Positions 1 through 6,089 of a stretch of DNA of 14,131 nucleotides are shown here, one piece after another. Each line of letters begins with the position of its first letter. Position 1 is the first letter of the stretch. Under the pieces are notes generated by a model. It did not search any database. It was not told the DNA's origin and saw only the letters and a list, made by a program, of their open reading frames with translations. The stretch covers positions 1 through 14,131 of the IMG/VR virus record IMGVR_UViG_3300050011_000047. One strand, 5' to 3'. Both the position numbers and the translations under genes were made by a program. Source of the DNA: a virus. Taxonomy: Duplodnaviria; Heunggongvirae; Uroviricota; Caudoviricetes.

Positions 1-370
1 ACAGGAGGCACAGGCTCGGCGGGTTCCGCAGGCGGTACGGGTGGGACGGGAGCCGCAGGAGGCATCGGCGCGACTGGCCCCACAGGTGGTACAGGAGGCA
101 CAGGCTCGGCGGGTTCCGCAGGCGGTACGGGTGGGACGGGAGCCGCAGGAGGCATCGGCGCGACTGGCCCCACAGGTGGTACAGGAGGCACAGGCTCGGC
201 GGGTTCCGCAGGCGGTACGGGTGGGACGGGAGCCGCAGGAGGCATCGGCGCGACTGGCCCCACAGGTGGTACAGGAGGCACAGGCTCGGCGGGTTCCGCA
301 GGCGGTACGGGTGGGACGGGAGCCGCAGGAGGCATCGGCGCGACTGGCCCCACAGGTGGTACAGGAGGCA
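1..370 (+). repeat. Perfect 90-bp tandem repeat, 4 full copies (starts 1, 91, 181, 271) plus a partial copy at 361
   Basis: Identical units read directly from the sequence; each encodes 10 Gly-X-Y triplets; there are no spacers. Confidence 0.97.
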
Positions 371-1143
371 CGGGAGCAGCAGGCGCAACCGGCGCAGCAG
401 GCCCGAGCGGCCCTGCTGACGGATGGTTTTCAGCAGGAGAGACATGGACTTACGCAAGCGCGGACGGCCCCACGTTTACATTCACAGTTGCCGCAGATGT
501 AACAACGAAGTATTCCGTAGGGATGAGGCTTCGCCTGACGCAGACCACCATAAAGTATTTCATCATCACTGCCGTCTCAAGTTTCTCGGGAGGAAATACA
601 ACGATCACAATGTACGGCGGCACGGTCTACACCCTTGCTAACGCGGCCATATCCCTGAATTCGTACTCAGGGGCAAAATCTCCATTTGGTTTTCCTCTTG
701 ATCCTTCAAAGTGGACAGAGAAGTTGGCATCAAGTGCAACGGATGAGCAAACTAACTGCACCCTCAACCAGTTCTACAATTTGGGGAGCCGCACCATCTC
801 AGTACCTATTGGTTCCTGGATTCTCGGGTTTGAGTTCAATGCAGGTGTAATCTCATCTACCGGAGCAGCAGGAGATAAAGAATTGAGTGCTGTATTTGGC
901 ATCTCCACATCTTCCTCATCGTGGAGTGATGACGAACTGCGGTTGTTCGTGCGCTTCGACTCCTACATCGCCACCGTGGGAGACATTCAAATTTACACCT
1001 TCGCCAAGAGGGATAAAAATGTTGTGCTCGCTAGTAAGACAACGTACTACTTGTTGGGTGTGGATCAGATAGGCGGATCGTTCATCACCACTAACGGCAG
1101 TGATGGAACTACGGTGTTGCGTGCCGTCTGTGCGTACCTATAG
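1..1143 (+). CDS. Collagen-like (Gly-X-Y) fibre/virion protein, 5'-truncated by the window edge; C-terminal globular domain is a probable receptor-binding module
   Basis: Frame 1 is open from base 1 and reads ([30 protein letters not shown])x4, with Gly every third residue. It continues in frame through [25 protein letters not shown] into the listed 523..1143 ORF, so the ATG at 523 is not the true start. Confidence 0.85.
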   Translation, partial: TGGTGSAGSAGGTGGTGAAGGIGATGPTGGTGGTGSAGSAGGTGGTGAAGGIGATGPTGGTGGTGSAGSAGGTGGTGAAGGIGATGPTGGTGGTGSAGSAGGTGGTGAAGGIGATGPTGGTGGTGAAGATGAAGPSGPADGWFSAGETWTYASADGPTFTFTVAADVTTKYSVGMRLRLTQTTIKYFIITAVSSFSGGNTTITMYGGTVYTLANAAISLNSYSGAKSPFGFPLDPSKWTEKLASSATDEQTNCTLNQFYNLGSRTISVPIGSWILGFEFNAGVISSTGAAGDKELSAVFGISTSSSSWSDDELRLFVRFDSYIATVGDIQIYTFAKRDKNVVLASKTTYYLLGVDQIGGSFITTNGSDGTTVLRAVCAYL

Positions 1144-1184
1144 TTAGGCGCTAGAATAGGCAACATGGAGAACCTCCGTCCGTG

Positions 1185-1265
1185 ATGCTAGTTCTTTTGC
1201 TCACGTTGCAAGCGGCAATGCTCATATGTGCCGCCGGGGCTACGACCGTGCTCGCACGTCACTAG
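1185..1265 (+). CDS. Putative 26-aa hydrophobic peptide MLVLLLTLQAAMLICAAGATTVLARH
   Basis: Its ATG overlaps the TGA of a 6-codon ORF (1165-1185, MENLRP) that follows TAGAAT at 1152; it fills the intergenic gap. Confidence 0.35.
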   Translation: MLVLLLTLQAAMLICAAGATTVLARH

Positions 1266-1281
1266 CGGCTAGACTCACGGC

Positions 1282-1659
1282 ATGGCCGTGAACGAGGAAC
1301 AACCTGAGCGCCCGGAGGGCCGTAGACTTTCCATCTCCGAAGGTGCGGTTCGGGACATCGTGGAAAACGCGATCCTGCGCTTGCAACTCGAACTTGGCAA
1401 GACGTTCGCCTCTGCGGCGGATGTGAAGCGTTTGGAGGATGACCTCCGTCTTGCGGCGGACGTAACGGCTAAACGGTTCGAGGCCATCGACACACAGATG
1501 CAGGGCTTGGAGAAGGACAAGGCGGGACGAGATGCCGTGACGCAGTTCAAGAAGTGGCTCACGGGCGGCGCTCTCCTCGCGACCCTGTTCATGGCGATCC
1601 AAGTCGGAATCTCGATTTGGTTGGTGACCCGTGGAGTCCACCCCACAAGTACCCCCTGA
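1282..1659 (+). CDS. Membrane protein with coiled-coil-like N-terminus and one C-terminal TM helix (lysis-region type)
   Basis: Hydrophobic stretch WLTGGALLATLFMAIQVGISIWLV; the ATG lies 6 nt after TAGACT (1270-1275). Confidence 0.75.
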   Translation: MAVNEEQPERPEGRRLSISEGAVRDIVENAILRLQLELGKTFASAADVKRLEDDLRLAADVTAKRFEAIDTQMQGLEKDKAGRDAVTQFKKWLTGGALLATLFMAIQVGISIWLVTRGVHPTSTP

Positions 1660-1771
1660 GCAGCACGAAGACGAAGGACTGAGTCCTCGGTGGTGGATCA
1701 TCGCGGGTGCGCTTCTCGTGCTCGCGCTCATCAATGTCGTGCTCGAACTCATCGTCATTTTCGTCAAGTAG
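1631..1771 (+). CDS. 46-aa single-TM membrane protein (not in the ORF track)
   Basis: GTG start; reads MESTPQVPPEQHEDEGLSPRWWIIAGALLVLALINVVLELIVIFVK, with an acidic N-terminus and a long hydrophobic helix; it fills the gap before 1795. Confidence 0.6.
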   Translation: MESTPQVPPEQHEDEGLSPRWWIIAGALLVLALINVVLELIVIFVK

Positions 1772-1794
1772 CAGCAGGCTGCTAGAGTGTTGAC

Positions 1795-2190
1795 ATGACC
1801 ACTGGCCCCAAGGGAGAGAAGGGCAATCGCGGTGCGCAAGGAGTGCGCGGCGATGTCGGCAAGTGGAAACTGTCCCTCGCAATCGCGGCGCTCGCGCTCG
1901 TCACATCGCTCGGTGGCAACGTCGTGGTGCTCCGCGTCGCGCGGGCGAATAGCCTCAAGGGGCGCGAGGCACACACTGGCCTCTGCGCGTTGCGTAACGA
2001 CCTCGTGAAGCGCGAGTCCGACCTCCGGCGCTCGATCCACTCGACCAACTTTTTCCTCCGCAAGAACCCTGACGGCATCCCCGGCATTCCCGTCACGCTC
2101 ATCAAGGCCGGATTGAAGAACTCGAAGGCTACACTCGCGAACCAAATCGCGACGGTACGGGTTCTCGACGGCGCACTCAACTGCGGGTAA
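1795..2190 (+). CDS. Membrane-anchored protein with a short collagen-like N-terminus, a TM helix and a helical ectodomain (lysis accessory-like)
   Basis: GPKGEKGNRGAQGVRGD triplets, TM LSLAIAALALVTSLGGNVVVL, two Cys; the ATG lies 6 nt after TAGAGT (1783-1788). Confidence 0.75.
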   Translation: MTTGPKGEKGNRGAQGVRGDVGKWKLSLAIAALALVTSLGGNVVVLRVARANSLKGREAHTGLCALRNDLVKRESDLRRSIHSTNFFLRKNPDGIPGIPVTLIKAGLKNSKATLANQIATVRVLDGALNCG

Positions 2191-2195
2191 GCGCG

Positions 2196-2534
2196 ATGCC
2201 GTCGCGCCACTGCTCCGCGTGCGAAGTGAAGTGGCCCCGCGAGGATAGGTTCGCCCTCTGCCCCGTCTGCGGCACCACGACCGGCGTCCTACAGGTTGCC
2301 GAACCGAACGAGGATTGGGAGTCCCGATACGATGCGGCCCGGAAATACACGAGCCCCGAGGCCAAGATCGCGCAGATGCGCCTCGACCGATTCACCGCTG
2401 CCGGACTCGACATCGGGCGGGCGCTCGCGTGGGCGAGCGAGGCCGTAGACCTGCACCTGTTCGAGCGCCTCCGGCGGGAGGGATGCCCGATGGAAGTGGC
2501 AGCCCGGATCGTCGCGCCTCTGCCGACGGGATAG
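2196..2534 (+). CDS. Zn-ribbon protein with a small helical C-terminal domain
   Basis: CSAC...CPVCG motif; C-terminal RLDRFTAAG..DLH..LRREGCP..VAARIV. Confidence 0.7.
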   Translation: MPSRHCSACEVKWPREDRFALCPVCGTTTGVLQVAEPNEDWESRYDAARKYTSPEAKIAQMRLDRFTAAGLDIGRALAWASEAVDLHLFERLRREGCPMEVAARIVAPLPTG

Positions 2535-2543
2535 ACTCAAGGC

Positions 2544-2906
2544 ATGGCCCGCACGAACATTCCGGTCTACACGATTAACCGTGTGGCCTACGTTCCGTTC
2601 TCCCCCGTCACGGCTGACCTCACGAACGGCATGTCCTTCGCGGCCAACGCCGGGCGCACGTGGGTCGAGGTCGATAACCCCGGCACCGTGACGGTCACCA
2701 TCGGCGCGGTCGTGGCAGGCAACGCGGTGGATGACATCGTGATCCCGGACAAGGACTTGGACATTCACGCGGGCAGCGCAGTGCACTTCGGGCCGTTCCC
2801 AACTTCCTTCTACTCGCAGGATGACCTGACCGTCTACTTCGACATCACTGCGCCGACGGACATCGACGGCTCGGCGGTCACCTTCCAAGCGTTCGCGCTC
2901 GGCTAA
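2544..2906 (+). CDS. Probable beta-rich virion structural protein
   Basis: Val/Thr/Asp-rich with few basic residues; NGMSF..N, GPFP and VYFD motifs recall actinophage virion proteins (recognition, not searched); TAGACT-N6-ATG start. Confidence 0.65.
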   Translation: MARTNIPVYTINRVAYVPFSPVTADLTNGMSFAANAGRTWVEVDNPGTVTVTIGAVVAGNAVDDIVIPDKDLDIHAGSAVHFGPFPTSFYSQDDLTVYFDITAPTDIDGSAVTFQAFALG

Positions 2907-2907
2907 C

Positions 2908-3435
2908 ATGGGATACGCGCCTCTTAGCCTCATCGCCGTCGCGCCCGATCCCGAAGACTCAGGCACGGTGCTGCAAGTCTCGCAGGACTCCGGCGACCGC
3001 TTCCCGGCACCGCCGTTCACGTACCTCGCGTGGCCGTCGCAGACGATCCCGAAGTTGGGCGTGGACTCCGAAGAAGGCACCGTGGTCAGCATCGACGCTG
3101 ACACGTTCACACTCGTGCGTCCCGCTAACGCGGTACCGCTCACGGACGGTATGCAGTTCTCGGCGTTCAAGATCATGCCGAACTACAGCATCGAGGAGAC
3201 GGTCACGATCACCGAGATTTTCCCGGCCACCGATACGGGAGTCGTGCTCAATGTGCAGTCGCCCGGCGGCGCAGTCTCACAGGAGACGCTCACCGAGGCC
3301 GTCGTAGACGCGGGCTCGGCCTACACGGCGTCCTTCGAGGCCGAGGAGTCCGGCGTTTGGCACTACGGCTTCACGAGCGATCAGCGCGTGCACCCCGAGC
3401 AGGACTTCTTCATCCGCTTCTCCGAAGTCCTCTAG
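2908..3435 (+). CDS. Probable virion/tail-associated protein
   Basis: Acidic and beta-rich; FPAPPF..WP and ID.DTFTLVR motifs resemble tail-associated modules; starts 1 nt after the previous stop. Confidence 0.6.
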   Translation: MGYAPLSLIAVAPDPEDSGTVLQVSQDSGDRFPAPPFTYLAWPSQTIPKLGVDSEEGTVVSIDADTFTLVRPANAVPLTDGMQFSAFKIMPNYSIEETVTITEIFPATDTGVVLNVQSPGGAVSQETLTEAVVDAGSAYTASFEAEESGVWHYGFTSDQRVHPEQDFFIRFSEVL

Positions 3436-3451
3436 GCGCTAGAATCCTCCC

Positions 3452-3694
3452 GTGAGCACCTATACGATCATCAACGGCACTTCCGCCATCCTCGAAGGTG
3501 TCAACGGTGCGGACAACGGCGACGTTGACCCATACACCTACCGCAACGCCGTGACGCTCACGGATGCGGAAGTCGGCGCACTGTGTCGGCAGCAGGGTGT
3601 GGCAGTCACGTCCGATTTGGCGGGCCTGACGGACGCGGAGCAAATCAAGCGCGTCATCGCCATCTCCTCGTTGTACCTCAACGCGCAGGCGTAG
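3452..3694 (+). CDS. Hypothetical protein, 80 aa
   Basis: GTG lies 6 nt after TAGAAT (3440-3445); tight packing with neighbours. Confidence 0.65.
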   Translation: MSTYTIINGTSAILEGVNGADNGDVDPYTYRNAVTLTDAEVGALCRQQGVAVTSDLAGLTDAEQIKRVIAISSLYLNAQA

Positions 3695-3696
3695 CC

Positions 3697-3864
3697 ATGT
3701 TCTACGCCGTCTCGGGGGCTCTCATCGGGGCATACGAGGCGGCGGCGCTCACAAGGCGGGTTCCCACCGTCTCTACGTGGTCATCGCGCACACCGGCCCG
3801 CAGGGCGCTTGCAGTCGCATGGGCGCTCGGGCTCGCCGTGCACTTTGCACGCCATGCGCGGTAG
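3697..3864 (+). CDS. 55-aa protein with two hydrophobic segments, holin candidate
   Basis: MFYAVSGALIGAYEAAALTRRVPTVSTWSSRTPARRALAVAWALGLAVHFARHAR; lies directly before the endolysin; ATG is 2 nt after the previous stop (the track's 3583 start is likely too long). Confidence 0.55.
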   Translation: MFYAVSGALIGAYEAAALTRRVPTVSTWSSRTPARRALAVAWALGLAVHFARHAR

Positions 3865-3873
3865 ACTGAGCAC

Positions 3874-4425
3874 ATGCGCTACCCCGGAGCGATTTGGTAT
3901 CCATCGCCTGTACGGCATCCCAACCGTCCCGCGACGCGGGGCCTAGTCATCCACTGGACGGTCGGACACAAGGCCGGTGACCTCTCGGCCCTGACGAGCG
4001 GGAAAGAGGATGTGCAGTTCTACGTCACGAAGACGGGCCAGGTCTATCAGTTGCTCGATAGTGACTCGGAGGCATGGCACGCAATGCCGACGGCCAACAC
4101 CTACTGTGTAGGCATCGAGCACGAGGGATCGGGAGAGCCGTACACTCCTGCGCAGTTCGCGGCCTCAACCAAACTCGCGGCGTGGATTTGCAGGACGTAC
4201 AAGATTCCGGTCAGGCATACCGATCCGCATACGAACTGGAAGGGCATCTACGGGCACGCCGATCTTCACGGCATCGACAACAACGATCACACTGATTCGG
4301 TGCCTACGGGTACCGGGTGGCCGAGGTACCTTGCCGGAGTCGTAGCGGCACTTCCGGTGCAGCATCGCGTCCTCCTACGCCTCAAGGCGTTGGCGGGCGG
4401 CGGACGCGCACCGAAGTTGCTCTAA
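3874..4425 (+). CDS. Endolysin, N-acetylmuramoyl-L-alanine amidase (Amidase_2-like), with no evident cell-wall-binding domain
   Basis: LVIHWT, FYVTKTGQVYQL, AWHA, VGIEHEG, IYGH and DHTD motifs match the Zn-amidase pattern. Confidence 0.9.
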   Translation: MRYPGAIWYPSPVRHPNRPATRGLVIHWTVGHKAGDLSALTSGKEDVQFYVTKTGQVYQLLDSDSEAWHAMPTANTYCVGIEHEGSGEPYTPAQFAASTKLAAWICRTYKIPVRHTDPHTNWKGIYGHADLHGIDNNDHTDSVPTGTGWPRYLAGVVAALPVQHRVLLRLKALAGGGRAPKLL

Positions 4426-4435
4426 AAAGGAAGAT

Positions 4436-4476
4436 GCACCCGGCTCATGTCCGGGGCGTCGGCGGACGCCGGGTGC
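4436..4476 (-). terminator. Intrinsic terminator for the minus-strand tmRNA transcript (possibly bidirectional)
   Basis: 9-bp stem GCACCCGGC/GCCGGGTGC plus inner GTCCG/CGGAC; followed on the minus strand by ATCTTCCTTTTT. Confidence 0.65.
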
Positions 4477-4495
4477 GGTGGGTTGTGTGCCCTGA

Positions 4496-4518
4496 GTGGA
4501 GCCGGAGGGAATCGAACT
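4496..4518 (-). repeat. Displaced second copy of the tmRNA 3' end (T-loop to discriminator)
   Basis: gtggagccggagggaatcgaact versus gtggagccgggggagaatcgaact at 4984-5007; the minus strand reads AGTTCGATTCCCTCCGGCTCCAC. Confidence 0.85.
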
Positions 4519-4535
4519 TCTGCTAAACTGGAGAC

Positions 4536-4979
4536 ATGAACGGTTCCACAAGGAAGTGCGTTACATGCTCACGAAAGTTTGTGCCGTCGAGCGGCCATCG
4601 TTCTTGTCCTTCTTGCCGTAAGGCTGCACGCAAGGATACTTGCAAGTGTGGTCAGCCAAAGCAGAGGACATCCAAGCAATGCCTTCCCTGCGCCAATCGT
4701 GCGAAGGTGTATCCGGGACGCACCCTCCACAAGAAGGGCTACATTCTAGTTCGTGTACTCGAACACCCTCGTGGCCCTTACGTGTTCGAGCACATTCTTG
4801 TGATGGAGAAGCATCTTGGTCGTTACTTACTTCCCGATGAAACTGTCCATCACAAGTACGGCATCAAGGATGATAACCGTCTTAGCCATCTTGAGTTGTG
4901 GGTGAAACCACAACCGGCAGGGATTCGTGCCAAGGATGCCGTGCAGTGGGCCAAGATGATCCTGGCCCGCTACACGTAA
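4536..4979 (+). CDS. Free-standing HNH (HNH_3-like) endonuclease with a Cys-rich N-terminus
   Basis: KGYILV..YVFEHILVMEKHLGRYL..ETVHHKYGIKDDNRLSHLELW; CxxC clusters at the N-terminus; visibly lower GC than the flanks; TAAACT-N6-ATG start. Confidence 0.9.
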   Translation: MNGSTRKCVTCSRKFVPSSGHRSCPSCRKAARKDTCKCGQPKQRTSKQCLPCANRAKVYPGRTLHKKGYILVRVLEHPRGPYVFEHILVMEKHLGRYLLPDETVHHKYGIKDDNRLSHLELWVKPQPAGIRAKDAVQWAKMILARYT

Positions 4980-4981
4980 GA

Positions 4982-5309
4982 TGGTGGAGCCGGGGGAGAA
5001 TCGAACTCCCCGTCTGACCACGGTCGTGCGGTAGGACTTCTAGCAGCATATTGGGGGCATGTGCCCTCCACCAAGTTGCCGTCTTTCCCGGCCTAAGTCA
5101 GCCCGTCTCTCCGGGCCGTCCTCCGCGTGGTGCCCTACGCGAATGAGGGGGAGAAGGCGGGGCGGGGGAGCAGACTCCCGAGCCACGACTTCGCCTTGGC
5201 GAACACGTTGGTGATCGCATTTGGGTTTGCCCTCCGGGCCGGTGCGGTAGTCCGCAAGCCGTCTGCATCCTTGCCGTCGTGTCCGAGCCATCGAAACCAA
5301 GTCGGCCCC
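4982..5309 (-). ncRNA. ssrA: tmRNA (328 nt), phage-encoded
   Basis: 5' GGGGCCGACTTGGTTTCGA and 3' GACGGGGAGTTCGATTCTCCCCCGGCTCCACCA; acceptor stem GGGGCCG/CGGCTCC with the G3-U alanine identity pair; encoded CCA; tag frame 5218->5135. Confidence 0.95.
5135..5218 (-). other. tmRNA tag reading frame: (A)AITNVFAKAKSWLGSLLPRPAFSPSFA-stop
   Basis: Resume context CAAAT|GCG matches the usual xAxxY|GCN pattern; open for 27 codons to TAG. Confidence 0.7.
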
Positions 5310-5315
5310 GTGTGT

Positions 5316-5321
5316 ACTCTA
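5316..5321 (-). promoter_or_regulatory. -10 element TAGAGT for the tmRNA
   Basis: Exactly 6 nt from G1 of the tmRNA, the same spacing as at the leaderless genes. Confidence 0.75.
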
Positions 5322-5332
5322 GCGCAAGATCG

Positions 5333-5387
5333 GGACGCGGGTTACCGGACTTGCACCGGCTCGATCCGAGGATGTCTCCCCGCGTCC
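5333..5387 (-). ncRNA. tRNA-like mini-structure without an anticodon arm (unclassified)
   Basis: 9-bp closing stem GGACGCGGG/CCCGCGTCC, small GAG/CTC hairpin, T-arm-like GCCGG-TGCAAGT-CCGGT; the G-U pair favours the minus strand. Confidence 0.45.
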
Positions 5388-5397
5388 GAAGGTTAGT

Positions 5398-5486
5398 AGG
5401 AGCGGCCCGCGCCCTTTATCTGACGGGCTCCGGTTACGCGGGGTCATAGGCAGTGTGTACGCACCGCCGTTGCTTATGCCGCTCCT
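5398..5486 (-). ncRNA. 89-nt multi-stem RNA candidate (unclassified)
   Basis: Closing stem AGGAGCGGC/GCCGCTCCT, hairpin GGCGGTG/CACTGCC, nested CCCGC/GCGGG and GCCC/GGGC; TATCGT (5498-5493) sits 6 nt before the first paired base. Confidence 0.45.
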
Positions 5487-5621
5487 CTCTGCACGATATG
5501 TTGGCAAGGCGCTACGGAGTCGGTTGAAACTCCCTCTCGCACCTTGGCTCCCACCGCGAGGGATGGCTACGGGCCGCGCGGATCGAAGATAGGAGGGGTC
5601 GAGAACAGTCGCCGGATGTGC

Positions 5622-5641
5622 AATCCCTCAGTCGAGGGATT
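5622..5641. terminator. Hairpin AATCCCTC-AGTC-GAGGGATT just after the sortase stop (terminator or operator)
   Basis: Perfect 8-bp inverted repeat; no clear U-tract. Confidence 0.45.
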
Positions 5642-5645
5642 CGCG

Positions 5646-6089
5646 TTAGCGCACCGGCAGCGCGAACACGACGAGCCGGTACGTGGCCGAGAACGGCGGC
5701 GTACACGTCGAGAGCACGAGGCGTTCGTGCCCGATGTCTGCGAGCGGTGCAACATCGGACGGGCTCAAGACTTCGCTGCCGGAGACGGCGTACACAGTTG
5801 TGCGTCCACCGATCCGCAGGTAGATGCGGGCTCCGCGCACGAGCCGGTTGAGCCAACGGAAGGGGCCATGCCCGTCGAAGCCGGGCACGGGCGTCACGCG
5901 ATGACCGGCGATAGCGATGGTGCAGCCGCAACCGGGACGGCCCGAGCCTGCGTAGAAGCCGGGGCCACGCGCGAGCACCGCCTCTCCCGTCCCCTCCCGC
6001 ACCACGGTGCGGATGCCGAGTGTTGGGATTGCCAACACAGGCGCACTCGCGACGAGCGCGGGAGGGGAAGGAGGGGCGGCGTAGATCAC
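5646..6089 (-). CDS. Sortase, class E-like, 147 aa, with no N-terminal TM anchor
   Basis: LAIPTLGI..VREG....L.RGPG, IAIAGHR (His), LVLSTCTPPFSATYRLVV (Cys, Arg) give the full catalytic triad; the GTG at 6089 overlaps the upstream TGA (GTGA); the upstream in-frame extension to 6197 is a shadow of the collagen gene. Confidence 0.9.
   Translation of the reverse strand: MIYAAPPSPPALVASAPVLAIPTLGIRTVVREGTGEAVLARGPGFYAGSGRPGCGCTIAIAGHRVTPVPGFDGHGPFRWLNRLVRGARIYLRIGGRTTVYAVSGSEVLSPSDVAPLADIGHERLVLSTCTPPFSATYRLVVFALPVR

Noticed and set aside
1-370. CRISPR array
   Set aside because: The repeats are contiguous 90-mers with no spacers and encode in-frame Gly-X-Y.
41-502. 153-aa ORF with repeated [11 protein letters not shown]
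   Set aside because: Alternative frame of the collagen repeats; frame 1 is the one continuous with the downstream domain.
1240-3176. Long minus-strand ORFs 1240..2145 and 2289..3176
   Set aside because: Shadows of well-supported plus-strand genes.
4519-4981. Group I intron in the tmRNA T-loop
   Set aside because: The tmRNA is complete to CCA before the insert, the ORF is antisense and fills the insert, and no intron core elements are visible.
4496-5014. Prophage attL/attR boundary
   Set aside because: Phage genes lie on both sides, only about 490 bp separate the copies, and no integrase is in the window.
5109-5241. 10-nt direct repeat CTCCGGGCCG flanking the tag frame, as a swappable tag cassette
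   Set aside because: One GC-rich 10-mer repeat in 328 nt is plausibly chance.
4536-5490. HEARO/IscB-like RNA-guided HNH system
   Set aside because: The protein is a short HNH_3-type nuclease with no RuvC or PLMP-like segment; the neighbouring RNA is a recognisable tmRNA on the opposite strand.
5333-5580. Cobalamin or c-di-GMP riboswitch, or HDV-like (theta) ribozyme
   Set aside because: Only isolated fragments match (GGTGCAAGTCC, TCCCTCGC); the required partner helices and conserved boxes could not be found.
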